From the human T2T-CHM13v2.0 reference genome, Homo sapiens, in the NCBI RefSeq assembly GCF_009914755.1, contig NC_060929.1: a DNA stretch of 64,000 nt, one strand, 5' to 3'. Shown here one piece after another: positions 37,457-56,730 of the stretch; position 1 is the first letter of the stretch; each line of letters starts with the position of its first letter. Below the pieces are notes generated by a model. It was given only the letters and a program-made list of their open reading frames with translations, did no database searches and was not told the DNA's origin. The position numbers were made by a program, and so were the translations under genes.

Positions 37457-37806
37457 GGCTGGTGTAGACAGACTGGGTGCAGATGGCTGGTGTAGACAGA
37501 CGGTGCAGATGGCTGGTGTAGACAGACTGGGTGCAGATGGCTGGTGTAGACAGACTGGGTGCAGATGGCTGGGTGTAGACAGACTGGGTGCAGATGGCTG
37601 GTGTAGACAGACTGGGTGCAGATGGCTGGTGTAGACAGACTGGGTGCAGATGGCTGGGTGTAGACAGACTGGGTGCAGATGGCTGGTGTAGACTGAGTGC
37701 AGATGGCTGGTGTAGACAGACTGGGTGCAGATGGCTGGGTGTAGACAGACTGGGTGCAGATGGCTGGTGTAGACAGACTGGGTGCAGATGGCTGGTGTAG
37801 ACAGAC
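37457..37806. repeat. 28-bp minisatellite, ~12-13 copies
   Basis: GGCTGGTGTAGACAGACTGGGTGCAGAT with small indel variants. Confidence 0.95.
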
Positions 37807-38174
37807 CGACCTGCACACCAAGCCCTGTTTGGGACGAGGCTTCCTAGACAGGTTTTGATTCAATGGTGGTTTCTGACTGCACAGACAGGAAACCAGAGAT
37901 GGGCACGGGTACCTGGGCCAGACGCCAGGAGCCATCACTGGGTCCTGATGGGCCTGAATGGCTGTGACCAGGTGGCAGCCCAGAGCGAGCCTCCTGGGGG
38001 TGTGGGTTTCACACCTGGCTTTCTCATTCACCACCCTGCTGTGCTAAGAAAGTGGCCATTGATGGGAACTGGGGCAGAGCAGGGACAGTGTGGGTCCCCC
38101 GCTGTCCCCAGGGCCCTGCTTGAAGGAGCCACGGGTGTCTGCTGCCCACGGATGTCTTGCTTTTTGCAGGGAAA

Positions 38175-38425
38175 TCAGGAGGTCAGAGTTTGAGACCAGC
38201 CTGGCCAACATGGTGAAACCCCATCTCTACTGAAAATAGCAAAATTAGCCAGGCGCGGTTAGTGGTGGTACACACCTGTAGTCCCAGCTACTCGGAAGGC
38301 TGAGAGAGGAGAATCACTTGAACCCGGGAGGTGGAGGTTGCAGTGAGCCTAGATCACACCACTGCACTCCAGCCTGGGTGACAGGGCAAGACTCTGTCTC
38401 CAAAAAAAAAAAAAAAAAAAAAAAA
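38175..38425 (+). mobile_element. 5'-truncated AluS with long A tail
   Basis: GAGGTCAGAGTTTGAGACCAGCCTGGCC...GACTCTGTCTCC then about 24 A. Confidence 0.95.
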
Positions 38426-38867
38426 TCCAGCCAGAGGCAAAGGCCACAGCAGTGAATTAAAAGTACCTCCCATACCCACCCCCAGGTGCCACACCCTGGG
38501 CTACAGCATTGTGGGTATCACCATGTGTTGGTGCCAGAGGGACACGCTAACCCACGGGTGACACAGAAGCTGGGCTGGGCTGGGCTGTGTCCCCTGTGGG
38601 CGTGGAGCTGCGAGCCAGGGAGTGCAGATAGGGTGAGAAACAAGCATCTTAACTTTAAAATGTTACCCTCGTTTCAATAAAATTTTAAAGTTAATTGGGA
38701 AAATAAATCCTTCATTGAAGAGTGAAGCTTTAAAATGGGTTTTCGGACACCGTCTTCCATTCCTGCTCTACCGCCACCGCCCCATTGGCTAAGTGATTGC
38801 ACAGAGTTCAGGGCAAAGCTCAGCGAAGTGCCAAGGGACTGGCGGGCACCGGAACTGTACCAGCTGC

Positions 38868-39795
38868 TCTGCAGCACACGTGCACACACTGGTTGCTCTG
38901 CAACACACATGCACACATCCACACAATCAGCAACACACGTGCACACACCCACACAATCTGCAACACGTGCACACACCGGTTGCTCTGCAACACACATGCA
39001 TACACCCACAAAATCTGTAACACACGTGCACACACCCACACAATCTGCAAGACACGTGCACACACCCACACAATCTGCAACACACATGCACACACCTGTA
39101 CAATCTGCAACACACGTGCACGCACCCACACAGTCTGCAACACACGTGCACACATCCAGTCTGCAACACGTGCACACACCGGCCACTCTGCAACGCACAT
39201 GCACACATCCATACAATCTGCAACACATGCACACACCGGCCACTCTGCAACACACATGCACACATCCACACAATCTGCAACACACATGCATACACCCACA
39301 CAATCTGCAACACACGTGCACGCACCCACACAGTCTGCAACACGTGCACACACCGGCCACTCTGCAACACACATGCACACATCCACACAATCTGCAACAC
39401 ACGTGCACACACCCACACAATCTGCAACACACGTGCACACACCCACACAATCTGCAACACACGTGCACACATCCACACAATCTGCAACACGTGTGCACAC
39501 TGGCCACTCTGCAACACACATGCACACATCCACACAATCTGCAACACACGTGCACACACCCACGCAATCTGCAACACACGCGCACACATCCACACAATCT
39601 GCAACACGTGTGCACACACCGGCCACTCTGCAACACACGTGCACACATCCACACAATCTGCAACACACGTGCACGCACCCACACAATCTGCAGCACACGT
39701 GCACACATACAAAATGCAACACGTGTGCACACACCAGCCACTCTGCAACAAACGTGCACACATCCACACAATCTGCAACACGTGCACACACCCGC
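38868..39795. repeat. CA-rich complex minisatellite (~28-32 bp units, ~30 copies)
   Basis: Units such as TCTGCAACACACGTGCACACACCCACACAA alternate with TCTGCAACACGTGCACACACCGGCCAC. Confidence 0.95.
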
Positions 39796-40598
39796 ACCGT
39801 CTGTCCCTCAGTGAGGCTCATGATCTCGTAAACTGGAAGGCCCTCGGGTTTGAAGTCAGCACACGTTTGTACATTTGGCAGAAACAAGAATCCTGAGTTC
39901 TACAAAGACAAGAAATTGGGCTGAGCTGGTGGACCTGTGCTTGCAGGTCCCCTGCCCTGTGTCTGCTCTCTCTCCTGGCCCCGAGGCCTGGACACAGCTG
40001 GCAGGGGTTCCTCTGTCCGTACACTGCACCTGGCCAGGCTTACACTCCTTCGGAGTCCTGCACACACACTGCAGCTCCCTCATCATGAGCAGTCATCTAG
40101 TGGCACCCCCAAAGGTGCTCCCCAGAATCGGGATGCTGCAGACACATCAGGCCAGGAGACAGCACACACTCCGCCCTCAAAGGACACAGGACTCAGGAGC
40201 ATTCGAAGGCTGCTATGAATAAACCTGGTTCATGGCTCACTTGGGTTACTCAGCACCTCAACCTACCCAATTCTCAGTCTGCAGGCAGCTTCCCTGGGGC
40301 AGCTCTGGCCTGGCCCAGGCCCTGAGTGGCCCCAGTGGGAGTCATCCTGGGGAGGTGGTGCAGGTGGGACCCACTGAGTGGAGCATGGGGCCTGCCCCAG
40401 TCACCATGGAATCAGGCAGAGGTAGGGTCAGGGCTTGACAGCGCAGTGCACCAGCCATCTCCTTCCTTATGTCGGGCGGTTGAGACGGTGGCCCTGGAGA
40501 AGGTGGCCCTGGACAGAGCTCTGGGCTGCTGACCACATCTGGACTTGAGGGTGGGGGAGGAATGGGCCTGGATTTGGGAATCAGAGAAGTAGGAGGAC

Positions 40599-40752
40599 GT
40601 CTCTTCCGGGGATGGCCCAGTGTCGGCATTTCAGCTCCTGCAGAATACGTCTCTCCCGGGGATGGCCCAGTGTCGGCATTTCATCTCCTGCAGAACAGGC
40701 CTCTTCCGGAGATGGCCCAGTGTCGACATTTCAGCTCGTGCAGAACAGGCCA
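40599..40752. repeat. 50-bp tandem repeat, 3 copies
   Basis: CTCT(T/C)CCGG.GATGGCCCAGTGTCG starts at 40601, 40651 and 40701. Confidence 0.92.
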
Positions 40753-40878
40753 TTCGAGATGCCTCTCCTAGATCATGTTCCTCTTCCTTCCTGCCCATTT
40801 CTCCTGTGTCAATTGAGCATTTGCCCCAAATCCTAAAGCACAGCCATCCTGGTGCCCGATGTGGGTGATTCTGTCCCC

Positions 40879-41002
40879 GGCCTGAGACAGGCCCACTCAT
40901 TCTCATGGACTGTGTGACCCTGGCCTGAGACGGGCCCACTCATTCTCATGGACTGTGTGACCCTGGCCTGAGACGGGCCCACTCATTCTCATGGACTATG
41001 TG
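40879..41002. repeat. 43-bp tandem repeat, ~3 copies
   Basis: GGCCTGAGAC.GGCCCACTCATTCTCATGGACT starts at 40879, 40922 and 40965. Confidence 0.92.
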
Positions 41003-42254
41003 TTTGCTGTGTGGCTCAGGTGTGATTTGAGTTTTTGGAAATTAGATCACATAGCATTTCTGCATGAACTCAGACTGTATTTAGATCATTCCTGTCAACA
41101 AGTGAGTGGCCCTGTCGGGTGAGTGAGAACGAGCCAGTGTGTGCAGGGAAGGGAGCTGACCCATGGGGTGGCAGGGCCGGCAGGAGGCTCTACTGTGGGA
41201 CACAGGACTCAGGAACCCAGCCCTGAGCTTCCCTGAGTCACGCAGTTTCCAGAAGCTGAGCTCTGCTGCAGGTACCTCCAGTCACAGGCCCAGCTGACAA
41301 GACAGACCCTTCTCCCACTGCAGGCCAGAGGAGTCCCTGTTTTATTTTCAATTTCCTTAGGAAATTATCTGTGTGATTAGCTATTCAGAGGTGTTTCTCA
41401 TGTAACTGTCGTGCCATTATAAAAACTGACTTCACAATTTTTAGCTTCTTTGGCTTTCACTGCCTTGCAGTTCTTTTCTACAGACATGAGCCTTGTGGTA
41501 TTTCCTCAGGGATTGTTACTCTAAAAACAGCATTACAAATTTTTAAACAAGAATCATTGCCTCTTCATAAAAGCATGTTGCACCAAAATGCCAAGCGGAA
41601 GTCAGTGGCCAATGATCCTGTTTTTAGGGTGCCAAATGGGCACAATTCAGCAGCCTTGAGGAGGGCACCCTAAGGTTTTCACCATCAGTACTGTTTAAAT
41701 GAAAACAAAATCATCGACACAATTAAAATGTATTTGCTGTGGGATGAGCTTGTTTTCTGAGAACAAAGTGGCGCGTGGGCCAGCTTTGTCCTCCCCACAA
41801 GTGGTTGTCCCCTCCTCCCTGTACAAACCCAGGAGAGCCGGGAGGAGCAGCTCCCGCAGGACTCACAGCCCCACCCCAAAGACCTTATGCTGTTCAGGTG
41901 CAGGGGATGAAACTTACCCTAAATCTAGGCTTGGTTGTGCCTCAGTGTGAGTGTTATAGGAATGGCAGCCCACATTTATAGAGGTGGTATATAGAGCCCC
42001 TGCCCCAGGACAGGGCCACGGGTCTGCCTAATGCACCTGCCCCTCTGCTGTGTGACAGCACAAGGAGAACCACCAGGAGCTCGCCCTGCACCATGGATTC
42101 GCCTGCACATTTTGTCTTTCTCAGTTAACTCACATCATGCCAGACACAGGACAAGGGACTTCCGTGTGGATCCTTCAGTGCCAGCCTTGGACTGTGGTGT
42201 GCACCTGTCTTGAGTTATGTCCCTAAAGTTTCTGAATTCTCTCTTTCATTTCAG

Positions 42255-42452
42255 GATCTGGAATCTCTTGATGCCTGTATCCAGAGGACGCTCTCTGCCT
42301 TGTACCCACCGTTTGAAGCCACGGCAGCCACGGTGCTCTGGCAGCTGTTCAGCGTGGCCGAGAGGTGCCACGGTGGGGACGGGCTGCACTGCCTCACCAG
42401 CTTCCTCCTCCCAGCCAAGAGGGCCCTGCAGCACCTGCAGCAGGAAGCCTGT
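42255..42452 (+). CDS. PLEKHG4B: PLEKHG4B coding exon 2 (66 aa, DLESLDACIQRTLSALYPPFEATAATVLWQLF...QHLQQEAC; ARHGEF40/Solo-like N-terminal region)
   Basis: Pyrimidine tract and acceptor TTTCAG|GAT (AG at 42253-42254); donor TGT|GTGAGT at 42453; 198 nt, phase 0/0. The LYPPFEATA...FLLPAK...LQQEAC motif is shared with the ARHGEF40 N-terminus. Confidence 0.92.
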
Positions 42453-42742
42453 GTGAGTACCTCCCTTGTAGCTCTGAGACCGTGGCCAACCTGGAGGAAC
42501 CTGCCCTTTCCCTGGGCAGGGCAGGAATTGGGCCCATCAGGGCACTGGCTCAGTTCTTTCCTCTGGCTTCTGGCTCCTCCCACCCTCATCCCAAATGAAG
42601 GGTCAAACAAGGCTGCATGTCCCAGCAACAAGGGTTTCTCAGGCTTCCCAGGAGTGTGGAGCCCTCTTTGTCCCCCACCCCCAATAAACTTGCACTGCAT
42701 TCTTTGAAGGAAGTAAATAAGTCATTCTTCAGAGCAGGTATC

Positions 42743-42901
42743 TCAGAACTAAGTTACTACAGCAGTCACAATGCCGGCCCACCTGGAAGGGACTGTACTG
42801 AGCACTTCAGAGCTAAGTTACTGCAGCAGTAACAATGAAGGCCCACCTGGAAGGGATAGTAGTGAGAACCTCAGAGCTAAGTCAGTGCAGCAGTCACTGT
42901 G

Positions 42902-42921
<20 letters not shown>
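42743..42921. repeat. 64-bp diverged tandem repeat, ~3 copies, overlapping the Tigger1 end
   Basis: TCAGA(A/G)CTAAGT starts at 42743, 42807 and 42871; each copy carries GGCCCACCTGGAAGGGA. Confidence 0.88.
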
Positions 42922-45517
<2,596 letters not shown>

Positions 45518-46574
45518 TACATACAGATAAGTCCCACTTAATGAATTTATTGTATGTTTAGTCTGTTTCTTGGGATATTTATGCTGTAGTTGTTCTTGAG
45601 GCCGGGGTAAAACTGTAGTGATAGCCGGGTTGTGGGTGTGTTGCAGCGAGCTGCTGGAAGGCACCTGGCTAGGTCCTAAAAAGCACAGCCTTTCTTAACA
45701 GCACAACTTAGCACTCCACTGAAATTGAATTAGGGCGTTGTTTTGAAACTACCACTGGGCCACTTTGGTTTATTAGACTCGTTGAGTGTCTTTTGGTTAG
45801 AATGACAGGGCTAGGGGAGGGGCCAGGCACAACCTAGATTTGATTCCTTATGTGAGGTGGTCTGTTCAGAAGACGTTTTCCTTTGTGAGGATGTACCTTT
45901 TGCATATTGCAAGGATGTTGACTGATGTGGGGAAGAAACAGAGAGGTGCCTGCTGGAGCCCCACTGCTTTCGCTGCGTCTGAAAACGCGTGGCTGCTTTC
46001 AAAGGCCTGCCTGTTTCACCTTCTTTCTGTGAAGTTTCTTTTTCCTCTCATTTTAATCAAAAACCATCCCTCTCCCAACCTACAAAATTGCTTGTCTTCT
46101 GGAAACGTCATGTGAATTATGGTACTTTAATATGGATGCATATTTACTAGTACTTAATAAGCACAACACAAAACTTAGGGACAGTCTACTTGATTTTATA
46201 TTAATTTTTGCTTTTGAATGATAAAAATAAAATTTGTTCATCTCTATAACAGGAGAAAAATGCATTTACCTTAACTGCTATGAATAGATGAATATAAACA
46301 GTTGATATAAGTTCAATTCTGTTTTTATTCATTTATCCACTGTTGTCAAAATATGTGGTTGGGAAATCATTATTAATAATATTAATATTGAGATAAATGG
46401 TCATGTGAAGCTAAGACTTGAGTGATTACTGTTGCCTGTCTCCCAACCCTCAGCCAATAAATGACATGCTTAATCACTTATCAAGTTATTTGTCACTTTG
46501 TTTCATCACAATTTGAGAAATGTGATGGAGAAGACACATATCCAGAAATGTGTCTGGAGAAGTTTAGAGAAAAG

Positions 46575-46870
<296 letters not shown>

Positions 46871-47857
46871 GTTTAGGGAAAAGTAATCAGAAAAATATAG
46901 AAACAGGATATTTCCATAAAAGAGAGACAGAAGTGAGCTGGGAATTAGAATAAAATAAATGAAATCAATCAAATAGAAATCAGAAAAGGAGGAGGGAGTT
47001 AACAGAATAAAGCCATGGGAAGTAAAAAGCACAATGTCTGTGACACGAGTCTAAAAAATAATAGACCAGCAACATTCAAAGGATTACTGGTGTGGCAATG
47101 TTCATAACAAACTAAATATCATAAAAGGCAAAGTGCATCATTGTTGGGTCTAAAGAAGATCATTCAATAATAATACTAGTAACAAAAAGCCAGGAAGACA
47201 TGATCTGTGAACCCCTAACAACATAGTCCAAAAATGTGTGAAATATAAATGGACAGAATTGCCAGGAGAAATCCAGAATTACCGTAGGAGATTTTACCTC
47301 TCTCAAAAGCAGACGGGGTAAGCAGACCACACACTGCTTGGGATATACATTAAACACACTGACTCTCTTCCATTATGGGGCATACGTAGAGTGCTGAGCC
47401 CAGCAACTTTAGAATCCTTCCCAAGTACACATGGATCACTTTCCAAAGTTAACCAAAATCTGATAAAATTCTTGTCCATTTAGAAACATTTATCTCAAGG
47501 GTGTATGATCTCTTTGTGTTATTTTTGCTCTCAAGATTACAATATGCATCTTTAACTCACTACAGCCTAACTTCAATTAATATTTTAAAGTTCATGAGGG
47601 TTGGAATCAACCTCTTCTAAACTCCCCTTCATGTTGGTATTTTGACTTCCTCTCATGAATCTTAAATGTTCATAATAGCATCCAGAATGGTGAATCCTTT
47701 CCAGAGGTTTACAATGTACTTTGCCCAGATCTAGGGTAATAATACCTCTCAGTAGTATAATTTCATTTGCTCCCCAACACTTTGTCTTTTGTTGTCATAT
47801 ATTATATATATATATGATTAGAGGATATTGGAGAGCCCACATTCTTCTCCTCCTCCT

Positions 47858-48162
47858 TCTTTTTTTTTTTTGAGACAGGGTCTCACTCTGTCACCCAGGC
47901 TGGAGTGCAGTGGTGCGATCATGGCTCACTACAGCCTTGACCTCCTGGGCTCAAGCGATCCTCCCACCTCAGCTTCCAAACTAGCTAGGACTACAGGCGT
48001 GTGCCACCACACCTGGCTAATTATTTTATTTTTAAAATTTTTTGTAGAGATGGGCTTTCAGTATGTTTCCCAGGCTGGTCTCAAACTCCTGGGCTTAAGT
48101 GATCCTCCTGCCTCAGCCTCCCAAACCACTGGGATTACAGGTGTGCGCCACCATGCCCAGCC
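47858..48162 (-). mobile_element. AluJ-like element
   Basis: GAGACAGGGTCTCACTCTG...CTCCTGGGCTCAAGCGATCCTCC (AluJ diagnostics). Confidence 0.93.
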
Positions 48163-48306
48163 TTCTTAAGTGTACATGTAGCTTACTAGGATTGACCATT
48201 GTCCGTAAAGTGTCAACAAATACCAAAGAATTTATATCTAAAGGCCACAGTGCAATAAAACTAGAAATCAACAACAAGAAACCCTTACATTTGGAAAATG
48301 TTTTTA

Positions 48307-48437
48307 CCCATTTATGTTTAATGTTCCATTATTGGAACACTAAGCTTGTGGGAGTTATTTATATCCTACTGCTGAATGTCATCGCCAAGGTCTGATTTTT
48401 CACACACAAAAAATTTGCAACCTCCAGCATAAATGGG
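48307..48437 (+). mobile_element. MER85 piggyBac MITE (PGBD3-derived)
   Basis: TIRs CCCATTTATG...CATAAATGGG; right TTAA at 48438-48441 (left site TTTA); internal palindrome GTTCCATTATTGGAAC at 48323-48338. Confidence 0.9.
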
Positions 48438-48964
48438 TTAATGTACTGCTAAATAAAGGATGACAAAACCACCAAGGAAATTGTCAAAATATTTAGAGCC
48501 AAAGAACAGATGTGTCCAGTTACAATGTGGAGGAACATGAAGACCTTTACCACCAAAACAATAAGAAACCCCTAGAGGAGCCTACACAATTGCATCGTCC
48601 TTCAAAGCCACCCAAGAGGTATGGATATGGAAGACACCTAAAAGGACCAAACTGTGGAGAGACAGTGCCGTCCTAAATGAGTAAATAACAGAAGCCACTG
48701 TCATGCCTGGGGCCAGTCACTGAGGCTGGAGGAGGATGGAGAGGGGAGCAAGCCCACTAGAGAAGGACCTTCTTTGCTGAGACAAGGAGAAATCAGCAAA
48801 ATTTAGGAAACCTCTGGGCTGACAGATTAGAATCTGAAGGAGCCTTGAATGCACGTGGATCTTCTCTACCAAGTAATTCTCTTATAGGGAATTTTGCTGA
48901 GTAAGTGGAAATGGAAGGAGGGACTAGAAAGCAAAAAGAAATCTCAGAATCTCATAGTCACATG

Positions 48965-49320
<356 letters not shown>

Positions 49321-49967
49321 TCAAAATCTCATCGTCTAACAGTCTTAAAATTTCAGTCCCACGGTTTCAACATCTCTCAGTTCTTATTCCAGACTCCCCC
49401 TGGAGAGAGAGAGATGGACTCACCATCAAAGGATTTGAAACTAGAGATAGGCTGAAATTAATCAACCTTAAAACCAAACTCCACCCAATTAAAATCTGAT
49501 AAGAAGGTCCTGGTGGCCAGTGAAGTCTGAGGCTGGGCTGAAAGGTGGAGAGAGATCTCATTGCACTCCTGTAGCTTTAATTCCAAGGCTTTCATAGAGG
49601 AATTAAAGCCACAACCCTGCCCCAAATTGGCTCTGTTTCCAAATGCATTACACTGATAAGCCCCTCACCTAACTGCCTAACAGAAGAAAGAACATTTCCT
49701 CTTGAAAGGAAACATGCCTGCATTAGACAAAATCTCTGAGATAAAATTTAAGAATTGGTGATTTGCAAAGGTACCAGATTTTATCAGTTCATAAATAACA
49801 GCAAAATTCTCAATAGAAACAGACCACCCAGGTGTTGGAATTATCAGACAGAGACTTCTTAAAAACTATAATAAATATATTAAATAACCTATAAGTAATA
49901 TGGCAGATGAAGTAGATGAAGAGGTGGAGAGTTTCAGATTTCGAAAGTATTTTAAAAGAAGAAAATG

Positions 49968-50284
<317 letters not shown>

Positions 50285-51333
50285 CTAAAAAATACAAGAT
50301 CTGTAATTAAAATGCTTAGTGAATGGGATTAATGCAGATTGGACACAACAAAGAAAGGATACATGAATTTGAAGACTTGCCAAAGAAAGTCATCCAAATG
50401 GAAGCACAGAGAGAAAGGAGAATGAGGAAACAATGAACAAAACCTCAGTAACTGGTGTCATTATCAAGCAGTCGAAATGTGTATAGTTGCATTCACAGAA
50501 GGGGAGGAAAGTGAGAAAAGGGCAGGACAAATAAAGAAGTATTGTTAGATTTTTTTCAATTTGTTTAAAACCGGAAACACCTGAATCCAGGAAGCTCGTC
50601 ATCACCTGACAGAGGAAGGAGGCAAACTGCATGCATCAGGGAACAGTAAGAATGACCGATGACTTCCTCAGAAGCACTGGGCTTCAGAAGACAATGGAAA
50701 AACATCTTTTAAGTGTTGAAAGAAAAAAATTCTATATCCAGCAAAAATAAATGTCTACATCCAGCAAAAATATCTTTCAAACATGAAGGCAAAATAATGA
50801 CACTTTTAGGTTAATAAAAGAGTAGACCAGCAGAGGTGAATAAAAGAAATGCCAAAGGGTGGTCTTTAGGTTGAAGGGAAATGATACTAGATAGGTGAAG
50901 GGTACAAGAAAGGCTAAATACGTGAGTAAATATGAATGTCTTTAAAAGATTATTAACTACTTAGATCAGTGTATCATGGGGTTTTTAATCAATGTAAAAG
51001 TAAAATATATGACAACAAAAGCACAAAATGTTGGGGAAAGTAAATGAAATTATACTACTGAAAGGTTATTACATTGTTTCGAATTTTAAAATATTAATTG
51101 AAGTTAGGCTGTAGTGAGTTAAAGATGCATATTGTAATCTTGAGAGCAAAAATAACACAAAGAGATACAACTAAATATTCAAGAGATAAAATGGAATCCA
51201 AAAAATAGAGGATGAAAGGAAGAACAAAAGAACAAAGAATAGATTGAACAAATAGAAATTATATAACAAGATGATAGATTTGATTCAACCATATCAATAA
51301 TTATTTTAAATGTAAACCAAACACTCCATGTAA

Positions 51334-51824
<491 letters not shown>

Positions 51825-52334
51825 TAAGATTTCAAGACAATGAGTATTACCAGAGACAGATAGGGACAATTTGTGGCAACAAAAGGCTCAATTTATCAAC
51901 ACAGTACCTAATAATAGAGTTTCAAAATACATAAAACCAAACAATTGTCAGCAGTAAATGTCGATTTTTTACCCTCTCCTCTCAGCAATTCATAGAACAA
52001 TTGGAAAAAAAATCGTTAAGAATATCAAAAACCTGAACAACGTTAATAATAAACTTGACCTATTTGACATTTATAGAACATTGCACACAACAAATGCAGA
52101 ATACACATTCTTTTGAAGGTCACATTGAACCACTTCACAAAATAAACTACATACTGTAGATGATTTTTTTCAAAGTATCAATAATTTTCTAAGGACAGAG
52201 ATCAGAGTTTTTTTTTTCTGACTACAGTGTTATTAAACCAAAGCTCAATAACATAAAAGAGATAACTAGAAACTCACAAAATACTTGGAAATTATGTATT
52301 TCTAAATAATCCATGGGTAGAAAAGATTACAATG

Positions 52335-55670
<3,336 letters not shown>

Positions 55671-55682
55671 TTTTTATGTTGT

Positions 55683-56320
55683 TGAAGCGGCACTGTTTTC
55701 TGGGGTAAATACCCGGGGTTCATCATCTCACACCAAGAAGATTAAGGACATGGACGCACATGAGGAGTGAGTTTAGGAGTGGAGGTTTAATAGGCAAAAG
55801 AAAGAGAAAGGAGAAGAACTCTTACTCTCAAGACAGAGAGGGGTGCCCAAAAGGGAAATCTGGCCTGCGGCAGAGAGCACCAGATTTTATAGGCAGGCTT
55901 GAGGAGGTGGTATTCCATTTACATGGGGCCCACAGATTGGTTGGACCAGGTGTGACATTTACATAGTGTGCGGGTCGGGGAAGCTGGCCACCCCACCCTA
56001 ATCTTATGCAAATGTTCTTTCCACTTGGCCAGCGCCATCTTGCCTGCTCCTTACTATACATGTGGCTGGCAAAAGAAGGGAAGACGGAGCTGCCATTTTG
56101 AACATGCCTAGTCCCAGGTAGCCTTTTCTTATTGGCGCAACTGCCAGCATTCACCTGTATGAGCTTCCAGCTTGCTTGTCTATGTCTGCAGCTCGATTTT
56201 AAAGGCTGCTCTTTGTTAGAAAAGAAAATGATTTGGGGGCTGATTTTCATTAAAAGGAAACGTTACTACAGACTTTCTTTCCCTCACTATCTGCCTAATT
56301 TCTTCTTAACTCCTATATCA
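55683..56320 (-). mobile_element. ERV1 solo LTR (LTR9-like)
   Basis: TG...CA termini; 4-bp TSD TTGT at 55679 and 56321; minus strand begins TGATATAGGAGTTAAGAAGAAATT. Subfamily from memory. Confidence 0.8.
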
Positions 56321-56340
56321 TTGTTTCTGCTTATTGTTGG

Positions 56341-56344
<4 letters not shown>

Positions 56345-56392
<48 letters not shown>
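56345..56392. repeat. (TTA)n microsatellite, ~16 units
   Basis: Directly visible. Confidence 0.97.
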
Positions 56393-56393
<1 letters not shown>

Positions 56394-56730
56394 GGCTGCC
56401 TCTGTGCCAAGGCCCAGCCTGAGGTGTAACCGTAAGGTCATTTCAGTTCCTTCTGAGCCTGGTCCTTTCTTTGAGCATACATGGTCATTTTCTAATTTTC
56501 CTTGTATACATTTTTTTAAAATGTCCTAGTGTTTAATGTCTGGCTCACAAAAGGGGAAAAGACAAAAAAATGAAAGGGGTGGCAAAAGGGCATCACCTCT
56601 TTAAATCCCCTGGAAGTCACTTCAGTGGCAGTGGTAGGTGGCGGCCGAACAGTGAGAAAGGTGCAACAATATTGAACTTGCACCTCTTTGTCTGCACCTC
56701 TGTGGTCACCAGCCACAGTGATTAGAGCAC

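Larger units (their letters stand above)
46900..48500 (+). mobile_element. Very old L1 fragments (endonuclease region) hosting later insertions
   Basis: A-rich + strand; ATAAAACTAGAAATCAACAACAAG translates to IKLEINNK. Confidence 0.55.

Noticed and set aside
38674-39887. Cys/His-rich ORFs resembling metallothionein or zinc fingers
   Set aside because: They are CA/TG low-complexity translations open in most frames, with no real C2H2 spacing or linkers.
42210-42254. ORF-track N-terminus MSYVPKVSEFSLSFQ of the exon 2 ORF
   Set aside because: It has a TTG start and is the intron's polypyrimidine tract and acceptor; the real upstream sequence is exon 1.
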